From positions 1-44,996 of the IMG/VR virus record IMGVR_UViG_3300014208_000065: a DNA stretch of 44,996 bases; one strand, 5' to 3'. The notes below the pieces were generated by a model. It was given only the letters and a program-made list of their open reading frames with translations. It was not told the origin of the DNA and made no database searches. The position numbers were made by a program, and so were the translations under genes. Source of the stretch: a virus (lineage: Duplodnaviria; Caudoviricetes). Below, one piece after another: positions 18,782 through 26,894 of this stretch (the stretch's first letter is position 1; the number at the start of each line of letters is the position of its first letter).

Positions 18782-18876
18782 AATAAAGGCCCGCACTCTT
18801 CCGGGATAACATCTTGTCGAGGGATGCAGGGGAGAAGTGCGGGCTTTTATTGGTTATCTTTCCTGACATCCTCGAC
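18782..18876 (-). promoter_or_regulatory. Structured 5' leader of tasA with alternative hairpins
   Basis: AATAAAAGCCCGCACTTCTCC/GGAAGAGTGCGGGCCTTTATT stem competes with GTCGAGGATGTCAGG/CCTGCATCCCTCGAC stem. Confidence 0.5.
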
Positions 18877-18882
18877 TGTCTT

Positions 18883-18912
18883 ATTATACCGCATCCGGTA
18901 CGATCTTGTCAA
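18883..18912 (-). promoter_or_regulatory. Sigma70-type promoter for tasA-array-rep
   Basis: TTGACA-N18-TATAAT, both hexamers consensus. Confidence 0.8.
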
Positions 18913-19179
18913 TACGGTATCATGGCCGGTCGGGCGGGAACAGCGCCATCACGAGGCCGGTCAGTGTGATGATAGCGATACCGAAGATCCACATGTGGGG
19001 GCTGATTGCTTCTAGCATGGCTGGTATCCTCTCATAACCTGTCATTCAAATGTCGTATTTCTAACTTGTCGGCCAGGGCGGACGCCCGGCAAAGCGACCA
19101 GATCAGCAGGTAGAAAAAACAGAGCGGGATCAGGCAAAGCAGGTAATAGGCGTTCATGGTATGGTCTCCTCTCATTAGT

Positions 19180-19215
19180 GCCCCGGCCTGCCCGGTATCA
19201 CGAACAGGCTGGGGC
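19180..19215. terminator. GC-rich hairpin downstream of recT
   Basis: GCCCCGGCCTG...CAGGCTGGGGC inverted repeat; no clear U tract. Confidence 0.4.
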
Positions 19216-19223
19216 GGGGGTGG

Positions 19224-20225
19224 TTATCCTTCGGTATAGCTGAACGGGCGTCCTTCAAGTTCCTCAGGCACAATCCCGTGGGTAGCTTTCTCTCGGTCGT
19301 CATCAATCGCCTTGTCCTGCTCTTCCAACGCACTTATGATCAGTTGCGCCGCATCGCGTGTCTTCTTGGTGGTGGCAGACGCTACAACGATACGAAGTTT
19401 TTCGATCGGGAGCGTTCCCAAAGGCGTCCCATTGTTGACCGTGACATTCCAGGCTTCATCCAGCGTGATAGATGGGACGGGTAGTTTAGCTGGGGGCTCG
19501 GGCTCCGGGGATGCGATGATGAACTCGCGTTCTGCATCAACAATCGTTCCCTCGATAAACTCACCTTCGCTTTCAACTTCATCGAGCGTCGCGGCATCGG
19601 ATGGATCGAGGTAGCCCCATTTTTTAAGCAGCTGGCGCAGAACCGTTTTGCGTTCCATCTTGGCCGGGTCTGTTTTCCACGCAGAACTTGGGCTATTGTA
19701 GGATTTCGGATTATATTTCCGGGCGTGATCGTGGATCTCGCCACAGGTCATGTATATGGTCTTGGAGAAGCCGGTATACATCTCGAAGGCGGCGATCCAG
19801 CCGATAACCTGATTGGCCGTCTTACTTCCAGCGATCTTAAGGAACCCGCTGATGCGATCCTCATCGATTGTTTCGCCCGCGTAGATCGGACCGACATTGA
19901 TATAGCGGTACTTGCCAGTGCGGACGGCCATATCTTGCAAGCCTTTGTAACCGATGATCAGGGTAGCTTGCCCCTTGAGTGGGACAAGATAAGCCTGACC
20001 GGTTCCGGGATCTACGCTCAGGCGCAGGGTAGCGGCGCGCAGTGCGCTTTTATAGATGCTTTCCAGCCTGCATTCCTGGAGGTTAGGATTGTCCGAGACT
20101 GCCAGCAGGACGCTTGAGATATAAGCGCCTGTCTCGCGGTTTCCAAGCACGTCTCGAAAGCGGGAACGGATGATGTCGTTCCTGAAATACTCCGTAACTT
20201 TCACAAGTGCCAGTTCGTCGGTCAT
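19224..20225 (-). CDS. recT: RecT-family single-strand annealing protein
   Basis: L..C...SI..SALRAA.L.L......GQAYLVP.KG.A.L.IGYKG; M.RKTVLRQLLK.W. Confidence 0.85.
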   Translation of the reverse strand: MTDELALVKVTEYFRNDIIRSRFRDVLGNRETGAYISSVLLAVSDNPNLQECRLESIYKSALRAATLRLSVDPGTGQAYLVPLKGQATLIIGYKGLQDMAVRTGKYRYINVGPIYAGETIDEDRISGFLKIAGSKTANQVIGWIAAFEMYTGFSKTIYMTCGEIHDHARKYNPKSYNSPSSAWKTDPAKMERKTVLRQLLKKWGYLDPSDAATLDEVESEGEFIEGTIVDAEREFIIASPEPEPPAKLPVPSITLDEAWNVTVNNGTPLGTLPIEKLRIVVASATTKKTRDAAQLIISALEEQDKAIDDDREKATHGIVPEELEGRPFSYTEG

Positions 20226-20255
20226 TAGTAGTCTCCTCTTGTCTGGTCGATCCGG

Positions 20256-20549
20256 TTAGTTGTCTATCTCGTACCCGGCGTTGGATAGCGCCTTCTCGAT
20301 ATTGAGTTCGCCTACGATTGATCCCTCCAGTTCAGTCCAACTAAGCACCTTCCCATTCTCGTCGGAAGGGAAGATAAATGTTTCTGGGCCAGAGTATGTG
20401 CATACGGCAGATACGACAACGTACTTGGCTGGTAAGAGAATCGGTTTGTCATCCCAAGAACCGTCGTATTCAATGGGTGGCTCAAACTCGTACAGGATGG
20501 CAGTTCCTAGGAAATGTTTGGTTACGTTCTTGACAAACTTTGCTTTCAT
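20256..20549 (-). CDS. Hypothetical phage protein
   Basis: GGAGG RBS; YVVVSAV...GPETFIFP.D..G. Confidence 0.65.
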   Translation of the reverse strand: MKAKFVKNVTKHFLGTAILYEFEPPIEYDGSWDDKPILLPAKYVVVSAVCTYSGPETFIFPSDENGKVLSWTELEGSIVGELNIEKALSNAGYEIDN

Positions 20550-20561
20550 GTTCGACCTCCT

Positions 20562-20921
20562 TCAGTCCAGAATTTTTCCACAGTCGATACACACTTCCAC
20601 GATGTCGTCATCGACATCGCCCAGCGTCTCGTGGTATCTGCCCTGGAAAACGGTGTGCTCGTGCTGGCAATAGTATCGCTGGCATGACGGGCACAGGTCA
20701 TCGCCGGTGGTGCAGGTGCAGCTCTGGTTCGCTTCGTCCGCAGCCTCAGCCAGTGCAGCCAGGCGGTCGATCTCTGCCTGCGTGCCGCGCCCGTCCATGT
20801 AGCGGTTGACGGCTGCGTTATACTCGTACCAGGCCAGCTCGACGCTGGCTAAAATCCGGCGTGGTTTAGAGTGGGTTGGGGCTAGTTCTGTCCAGCCGTG
20901 CTGGGTGTAGATGGTGGTCAT
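20562..20921 (-). CDS. Hypothetical Cys-rich protein
   Basis: ATGA-coupled start at 20921; several CxxC motifs. Confidence 0.55.
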   Translation of the reverse strand: MTTIYTQHGWTELAPTHSKPRRILASVELAWYEYNAAVNRYMDGRGTQAEIDRLAALAEAADEANQSCTCTTGDDLCPSCQRYYCQHEHTVFQGRYHETLGDVDDDIVEVCIDCGKILD

Positions 20922-21463
20922 GGCTGCACCTTTTTGAGCATCTCGATCAGATGATTGGCCTGCGCATCCCCAGCCGCATCCCTGGCCGCATCCCAAGCCG
21001 CAGTCCAAGCCGCATCCCTGGCCGCAGCCCTGGCCGCATCCCAAGCCGCAGTACTAGCCGCATCCCAAGCCGCATCCCTGGCCGCAGCCCTGGCCGCAGC
21101 CCTGGCCGCAGCCCCAGCCGCAGCCCCAGCCGCATCCCAAGCCGCAGCCCAAGCCGCAGCAAGTTCTTCCTTCGAAGCCTCGCGGTTGGCATAGCGCTCA
21201 GCCACGTTGCAGGCGTTCACGCTCCTTGGATCTGGATCGTCCACCAGCTTCAACGCTTCCCTTGCGCACCAGACCGCGAACAGCCTCAGCGTGCGGTCGT
21301 CAATCCAGCCCTCGTGCAGCACTACCCACAGCCTATCCACCGCAGGGCACGCTTCCACGCACAGAATATCTACCGCATTGCCCTCCCAATCCTCTGGCAG
21401 GTAGAGGGAAGGGTCGTAGCAGGGTTCTAACTTGCGAATGTCGACTATCGTGTGGGTGGTCAT
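20918..21463 (-). CDS. Imm5-like phage protein with AA(W/R)(D/A) tetrapeptide repeats
   Basis: LRLFAVWCAREAL...DPRS..A..VAERYA..EA..EEL, then repeats. Confidence 0.75.
   Translation of the reverse strand: MTTHTIVDIRKLEPCYDPSLYLPEDWEGNAVDILCVEACPAVDRLWVVLHEGWIDDRTLRLFAVWCAREALKLVDDPDPRSVNACNVAERYANREASKEELAAAWAAAWDAAGAAAGAAARAAARAAARDAAWDAASTAAWDAARAAARDAAWTAAWDAARDAAGDAQANHLIEMLKKVQP
20960..21160. repeat. 12-bp degenerate tandem repeat (coding)
   Basis: GCCGCAKCCCWR-type units encoding AAWD/AARA. Confidence 0.85.
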
Positions 21464-21699
21464 TGGTTCCTCTCATTCTCGGGGTTTATCAGGCGGTATT
21501 TTTCCAGCTGATAGGCTGGCAGGTTGGCAGCCCCCAGGTCCTCGGTTTTGGCCTGGGCTGCGTTGTTGCGCGCCCATTCACGAATGATGATACGGAGGGC
21601 AGCGCTAAAGTTCTGCCCGTACCGCGTCGCCAGTTCTTGCACAATGGCGATGTCGTTTGGATATAATGTCACGTTGCGGATCTTGGTTAGTGTCTTCAT
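21460..21699 (-). CDS. Ribbon-helix-helix (CopG/Arc-like) regulator
   Basis: RNVTLY strand plus NFSAALRIIIREW helix; first gene after early promoter. Confidence 0.65.
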   Translation of the reverse strand: MKTLTKIRNVTLYPNDIAIVQELATRYGQNFSAALRIIIREWARNNAAQAKTEDLGAANLPAYQLEKYRLINPENERNQ

Positions 21700-21721
21700 G
21701 TTCACCTCTTTCTATGTGCTT

Positions 21722-21751
21722 ATCATAACATAATGTAGGGTGTCATGTCAA
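21722..21751 (-). promoter_or_regulatory. Early (leftward) sigma70 promoter
   Basis: TTGACA-N18-TATGAT with extended TG. Confidence 0.7.
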
Positions 21752-21806
21752 TAGGCAATATCCGTGCTGCGGGGAGCGGGTGCGGGTCGAGCTGACCGGC
21801 GGACAG

Positions 21807-21836
21807 GTGACAGCCAAGAAAGAGAAGTGATATAAT
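21807..21836 (+). promoter_or_regulatory. Promoter of putative ncRNA
   Basis: GTGACA-N18-TATAAT with extended TG. Confidence 0.65.
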
Positions 21837-21842
21837 AAGACT

Positions 21843-21983
21843 GGCAGGCCATCGAGGGCGGCGCGTCACTAAGGCGTGAGTGTCGGAGTAGACCTCTAGC
21901 CCATGCCGCGAGGTGTAGGCTACTAGCCTGAGGTCCGGGTGAAACCGGGGTGCATCAGGGAGTCGAGCGACCTGGAGCCTGCC
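21843..21983 (+). ncRNA. Unidentified structured ncRNA (~140 nt)
   Basis: GGCAGGC/GCCTGCC closing stem, several internal hairpins including a GCGA tetraloop; own promoter and terminator. Confidence 0.65.
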
Positions 21984-21991
21984 TAAACAAC

Positions 21992-22020
21992 AAAAGCCCT
22001 GGCATTGACCAGGGCTTTTT
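21992..22020 (+). terminator. Intrinsic terminator, potentially bidirectional
   Basis: AAAAGCCCTGG-cattga-CCAGGGCTTTTT. Confidence 0.85.
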
Positions 22021-22084
22021 GATTCGGGAGGGGGGATATACACCTAACTGTGCGACAGCGTACCGGCAGCGGTAGATCGTACTG

Positions 22085-22097
22085 GTGGTATAATATC
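22085..22097 (+). promoter_or_regulatory. Extended -10 late promoter element
   Basis: GTGGTATAATATC, with TATAAT 7 nt before ATG 22102 (leaderless-like). Confidence 0.55.
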
Positions 22098-22101
22098 TAC
22101 C

Positions 22102-22290
22102 ATGATATTCGAAGCCGAAGTCAGGCAGGTGAAAACCATGGCGGACATGACAGTTAACGTCACGCTTAACCTGCCTGAGTACCAGATGGCCGAGGCACAG
22201 CAGCTTATGGCGATGATCGGGGACATGGTGCGGGTAGAGATCAAGCTCGCGATAACCGGAGACAAACGCGATGAGAGACGAAAAGGGTAG
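22102..22290 (+). CDS. Hypothetical protein
   Basis: First ORF of the late arm. Confidence 0.55.
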   Translation: MIFEAEVRQVKTMADMTVNVTLNLPEYQMAEAQQLMAMIGDMVRVEIKLAITGDKRDERRKG

Positions 22291-22564
22291 GTTCATACCC
22301 GGACATGAGCCAACACCAGGAGGCGGGCGGCCATCACGAACAGCAGAAGAAGCAGCGCTCGAGAAGTTCAGGGCGCGCTTTCGTAATGGGAACTTCGAAG
22401 CAGTACTGGATGCGCTCCAGCGGCAGTGTGCGAAGGGCAACATACAGGCTATCAAGCTGGTGTTCGATTACCTGCTCGGCGCACCGGCACAGCAGATTGA
22501 CCTCAATGCACAGATAACGAGGATCATAGTCGAGCATGTCCGAGATACGGATACGAGTACCTAA
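22271..22564 (+). CDS. terS: Terminase small subunit
   Basis: RDEKGRF.PG....GGRP N-terminus; G..QAIKL; directly before terL. Confidence 0.7.
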   Translation: MRDEKGRFIPGHEPTPGGGRPSRTAEEAALEKFRARFRNGNFEAVLDALQRQCAKGNIQAIKLVFDYLLGAPAQQIDLNAQITRIIVEHVRDTDTST

Positions 22565-23795
22565 GTTACACACCACCCAGGAGCAGGTACGGACAGAAGC
22601 AAAACGCTTTAACGTTCTTGACTGTGGCCGGCGCTGGGGCAAGACACAGCTATGCCATGACCTGATATTAGAGACGGCGCTCGATGCGGGCGCACCGGTC
22701 GCATATATGACACCCACTTACAAGATGCTTAGTGAAGTATGGCGTGACATCAGCGAGCTACTAGCGCCGGTTGTGCGTGACAAGAGCGAGCAGGAGCGCC
22801 GGCTGGAGACGGTGACGGGTGGGGTGGTTGACATGTGGTCGCTGGACAACGCGGACGCGGTGCGTGGGCGTGCATATAAGCGGGTCATCATAGACGAGGC
22901 AGCCAGCGTGCGGGGGTTAGAGGAGGCTTGGAACACGGTGGTTCGGCCAACGCTGATCGACCTGCGGGGGGACGCCTGGTTCCCGAGCACACCTAAAGGT
23001 ATGAACGGGTTTTACAAGCTGCACCTGTTGGGGCGTGACCCAGCTAACACTGAGTGGCAGAGCTGGCACTACACCAGCTACGACAACCCGCACCTGGATC
23101 CGGCTGAGCTGGACCAGATGCGGGCAACGATGACCGAGCGGGAATATAGGCAAGAGATTCTAGCCGAGTTCTTGGAGGGTGAAGGCGTTGTATTCAGGAA
23201 CATCGACGCCTGCATGTTAGCGCCTGTCACCAGCCCGGAGAAGCACGCAGGGCATACGCTGGTAGCCGGCGTGGATTGGGGCAAAGAGAACGACTTTACG
23301 GCGATATCTATTGGCTGTCACACATGCAAGGCAGAGGTTATGCTGGACCGGTTCAACCAGATTGATTATTACTTCCAGCGTCAACGCTTGCAGGCAGCGA
23401 TTAGCAGGTGGGGCGTTACATCCACAATAGTAGAGAGCAACAGCATAGGCACGCCGATATTAGAACAGCTCCAGCGTGACGGGGTACGGGTGGCTGGTTT
23501 CCAGACGACGCTTATCAGCAAGGCAGCGTTGATCGAGGCGTTGTCATTAGCTATTGAGCAGGCAGCGATCCAGTTTCAACCAGACCAGGCCGGCCGGGCT
23601 GAGCTGGAAGCATACGAGCGCACCACAACCGAGACAGGCATGAGCAAGTACAGCGCGCCGGCTGGGATGCACGACGACACGGTGATAGCACGAGCGCTGA
23701 TGTGGAGAGCGGTTCAGAACGCACCGAGACAGGCACGGCCAGCGATGAGCGACGATGCCGCTAACCGGCTGATACAGAAGCTGAGAACGAGGTGA
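22536..23795 (+). CDS. terL: Terminase large subunit
   Basis: GRRWGKT Walker A, IIDEAA Walker B, STPKG, GVDWG and HDDTV nuclease motifs. Confidence 0.95.
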   Translation: MSEIRIRVPKLHTTQEQVRTEAKRFNVLDCGRRWGKTQLCHDLILETALDAGAPVAYMTPTYKMLSEVWRDISELLAPVVRDKSEQERRLETVTGGVVDMWSLDNADAVRGRAYKRVIIDEAASVRGLEEAWNTVVRPTLIDLRGDAWFPSTPKGMNGFYKLHLLGRDPANTEWQSWHYTSYDNPHLDPAELDQMRATMTEREYRQEILAEFLEGEGVVFRNIDACMLAPVTSPEKHAGHTLVAGVDWGKENDFTAISIGCHTCKAEVMLDRFNQIDYYFQRQRLQAAISRWGVTSTIVESNSIGTPILEQLQRDGVRVAGFQTTLISKAALIEALSLAIEQAAIQFQPDQAGRAELEAYERTTTETGMSKYSAPAGMHDDTVIARALMWRAVQNAPRQARPAMSDDAANRLIQKLRTR

Positions 23796-23796
23796 C

Positions 23797-25542
23797 ATGG
23801 ACAAGAATAAACTGTTTGGCGAGATCCGAACGTATTGCAACGACCTGAGAAGCAAGCACGCTGAACGCGACACGCAGGCGCTGGGCATGGAGGACATGTA
23901 CCTAATGCGCAAGACGGCACACGATGAGGCGCTCGAGGCAATCAGCCCGGACGTGGTGCTGACCAAGAGCACGGATGAGCGGGTAGCTATCCAGGGCGTG
24001 CTTCGTCTGCTGACTACCACTGTGCCGGCGATCACGATGCCGCGGGATAAGAACGACCTATCGAACATGGACGCATCGGACGACATCGAACGGTTGGGCA
24101 ATGCGCTGTTAGCCAGCTCCGACAAGACGACCTTGAAGCCGCTGCACTACAACGCGACGCTATGCGGCAGCCTGTACGATGAGATCCATATCCAGATAGT
24201 TTGCACGGCTGACCTGGTGGAAGCGGCGAAGGGTGGATCACCGGCGGCTGTTGCCAGGGCAGAGCGGGTGGCTGCGCTATCGCCTTACCAGTTCATTGCG
24301 CTGAACCCGAAGTCAGGCTACCCGGTGTGGGACAGCCTGGGACTGCAGGCGTACCACAGGCAGACGGTGGTCACGATGGGGCAGGTTGTGGACCAGTATG
24401 GCAAGGCGGTTGAGGATCTGATCACCAGCAGCGGCAAGACGATTGACGAAACCAGGCTGAAGGAGGCGACCCTCTATGACTATTGGGACACGACCTACCG
24501 CTGCACCTGGATTGACGGGTACGACAGGCCGATCATGGTAGAGGAACACGGGCTGCCGTTCATTCCGATAGTGGCTTCGATCGCTGAGGGCTCTGACCTG
24601 TTCGACAGTGCAGAGGACCGGAGGGAGCCATTCTTATTGACAGTATTCAAGAGCAAGCTGGACCAGCGGAAGACAGAAGCGCTGACCGCAATGGCAACGA
24701 TGAACCGGGTTCGAGGGTTCAGTCCGACGCTGCGTTTCAAGCGCGGTGAAGCAGGCCAGGAGATACCGTCGGTATCCAGGCTGGGGCTATTCCAGTATGT
24801 TGACGTGCCGCCAGGTGCAGAGTTCGACGAGATGCCGCACGCTTCGGACCCGGCAACGATGGACATGCTATCTATCGCGAACGGCAAGACCGAGGCGGCG
24901 ACGATCTATGCCTCCGTGTTAGGTGCGTCACAGTCCAACACGTACAGCCAGACGGCGTTGCTATCCCAGTTGGGACGGATACCGCTTGAGACGGTGCGGG
25001 CGCAGACCGGGCGGGCGATTGCGGACGCGGTGGAGATCGCGATTGAGTGGATACGGACAAACAAGGAGCCTGTATCGGTGCGCAACTACCGGAGCGGTGC
25101 GCTATCCGACATTGATCCGCGTGATATTCCAGAGTACATCAACCTGGACTGTAACCTGGACGTGGCGCTGCCGCAGGATAAGCTGCAAGCCGCTACCATC
25201 GCAAAGACCCTGCTTGATGCCGGGATTGTTTCGGAAGAGTGGGTAGTGGAAGAGACCTTGAAATACGGCCAACCGAAGCAGATGCAAAAGACAGTTCTCA
25301 AGGAGCGGATCATTAAGGCACTGATCGGGATGGAGGTGCAGAAGCTGCTCGCGATGAGCCAACAGCAGCCCGGACAGGTTCCTGGACAAGAAGGCGGACA
25401 AGTTCCCGGACAAGAACCAGGACAAGAAGCGAGCCAGATGCAGGGGATACCGCCTGAGATGCTGGAAGGCGGGATGGGCGGTCCTGAGATGGCGATGGGT
25501 GAACAGCAGATGATGCCAGAGGAAGGGATTGGGTTAGCGTGA
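23797..25542 (+). CDS. Portal protein
   Basis: 581 aa, directly after terL; Q/P/G/M-rich disordered tail as in podoviral portals. Confidence 0.75.
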   Translation: MDKNKLFGEIRTYCNDLRSKHAERDTQALGMEDMYLMRKTAHDEALEAISPDVVLTKSTDERVAIQGVLRLLTTTVPAITMPRDKNDLSNMDASDDIERLGNALLASSDKTTLKPLHYNATLCGSLYDEIHIQIVCTADLVEAAKGGSPAAVARAERVAALSPYQFIALNPKSGYPVWDSLGLQAYHRQTVVTMGQVVDQYGKAVEDLITSSGKTIDETRLKEATLYDYWDTTYRCTWIDGYDRPIMVEEHGLPFIPIVASIAEGSDLFDSAEDRREPFLLTVFKSKLDQRKTEALTAMATMNRVRGFSPTLRFKRGEAGQEIPSVSRLGLFQYVDVPPGAEFDEMPHASDPATMDMLSIANGKTEAATIYASVLGASQSNTYSQTALLSQLGRIPLETVRAQTGRAIADAVEIAIEWIRTNKEPVSVRNYRSGALSDIDPRDIPEYINLDCNLDVALPQDKLQAATIAKTLLDAGIVSEEWVVEETLKYGQPKQMQKTVLKERIIKALIGMEVQKLLAMSQQQPGQVPGQEGGQVPGQEPGQEASQMQGIPPEMLEGGMGGPEMAMGEQQMMPEEGIGLA

Positions 25543-25925
25543 CAACAACGAAGGCGACCGTCAAGCGGATCAAGCGCGCCCTTACGAAGTGGATGAAGCC
25601 GCTGGGTTTGGAGTGGTGGGATGTAACAGTTGAATGCTTCAACGAACCAGCCGACATTCTACTGCATTTCAAAGCCAGCAAAGATCATATCGTTCCGGCT
25701 ATCGTGTTCGCGGACTGGCAGTACGGGACAGCCACAATACTATTCAACGTGCCGGCGTTCGATGGAAAGAGCGACGATGAGATAGAGCGGATCGTGGTCC
25801 ATGAGCTGTTGCATATCCTGGTGAACGAGATGCGCGAGGGCGAGATACACCATGAAGAGCGCGTGGTATCGCAGCTGACAAAGGCTATCTTCTGGGTGAC
25901 AGCAGCCGCCAAAAAGGAGGGATGA
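25539..25925 (+). CDS. HEXXH zinc-metallopeptidase-like protein
   Basis: IVVHELLH...EE. Confidence 0.65.
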   Translation: MTTTKATVKRIKRALTKWMKPLGLEWWDVTVECFNEPADILLHFKASKDHIVPAIVFADWQYGTATILFNVPAFDGKSDDEIERIVVHELLHILVNEMREGEIHHEERVVSQLTKAIFWVTAAAKKEG

Positions 25926-26128
25926 TGCTTGACATATCCGATACACGTGATGCTTTTCTTGAGGCGCAGGCTGACGTGGCCGAGGTGATGGCTGAGGTGC
26001 TGGACGAGTTCAACAGGCCGGACCTGCTGCTGCAGCTGTCGGTGATGATGGGCCAGATGCCGGATGGTGCATGGGATCTGGTTGGTGACGAGACGATAGA
26101 CAAGATAGTGGAGGTGCTGCATGCCTGA
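25922..26128 (+). CDS. Small acidic hypothetical protein
   Basis: GGAGG RBS; overlaps both neighbours. Confidence 0.55.
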   Translation: MMLDISDTRDAFLEAQADVAEVMAEVLDEFNRPDLLLQLSVMMGQMPDGAWDLVGDETIDKIVEVLHA

Positions 26129-26894
26129 TTATTACAACCCGCGGAACCCGGATGATATTGCCGGGTATCAGTGGAACCCCGGAGGACAGAAGCGAAAGGC
26201 GGCGAAGCAGAACACGGGCAACCCTTATGCTGGATGGGACCCGGCTACCCAGCAGCGGATTAACGCATACTACAGAACGCAGGCGAACAGCTATCTGGGT
26301 TTGAATCCACAGTTGGATCGGTACTACCAGTCTCGTATGCCGCAGAACCCCCGACTGCCAGGATGGCAACCTAACTGGCTGGGTGGCGGGTATCGCAACA
26401 ACGACCCGATGTATACCACACCCTATACAAGCATGCTTCCAGGCTGGCAGCCAAACTGGTTGGGTGGAGGATATTACACGGACCCCATGTATAACCGACC
26501 TGTCACGCTGAACCCGGACGGGACGATCAACACAGGCGGCACAGTACCAGGGTATCAGGGCGCAGGCAGACAGCCGAACAGCAACTCCGACTACTGGCAG
26601 AGTATCGCATGGGACCCAATCGGCGGCGTGCCTGTCCAGCAGGGTCAGTATTTGGGCGGGCGCTTCCGTGGCCCAAGTCAGGGAAGCGCAGGCGGAGCGA
26701 GCGCCTATATTCCAGGTGTGTCACCGGAGCCAGGGCAATATGAGAAAGGAGCACTGGCTGGGAAAGAGATGTCACCGTGGAAGGCATGGCAGGCGAACCG
26801 CAAGCGCCGCTTCCAGGATAAGTACGGGGGTGGTGGCAAAGGCGCTGGCATCAGCGGGGCAGGGGTAGGAAGCATGGCAGTCTGGAACCCATGA
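26121..26894 (+). CDS. G/Q/N/Y/P-rich putative internal virion protein
   Basis: Low complexity; LPGWQPNWLGGGY twice; precedes giant gene. Confidence 0.55.
   Translation: MPDYYNPRNPDDIAGYQWNPGGQKRKAAKQNTGNPYAGWDPATQQRINAYYRTQANSYLGLNPQLDRYYQSRMPQNPRLPGWQPNWLGGGYRNNDPMYTTPYTSMLPGWQPNWLGGGYYTDPMYNRPVTLNPDGTINTGGTVPGYQGAGRQPNSNSDYWQSIAWDPIGGVPVQQGQYLGGRFRGPSQGSAGGASAYIPGVSPEPGQYEKGALAGKEMSPWKAWQANRKRRFQDKYGGGGKGAGISGAGVGSMAVWNP

Noticed and set aside
18074-18796. IS110 transposase / insertion sequence
   Set aside because: No N-terminal DEDD RuvC domain, no catalytic-Ser loop and no IS ends; better explained as TasA. The start is more likely ATG 18760
18904-18912. Self-targeting of the tasA promoter by spacer CTGACAAGA (8/9 match to TTGACAAGA)
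   Set aside because: The partner spacer does not match the adjacent 9 bp; a half-site near-match is expected by chance
20960-21160. 12-bp repeats as a guide array, plus overlapping alternative-frame ORFs
   Set aside because: No variable spacers; explained by the AAWD/AARA coding repeat of 20918-21463
21843-21983. tRNA or hammerhead ribozyme
   Set aside because: No T-loop/anticodon cloverleaf or CCA end; no CUGANGA core
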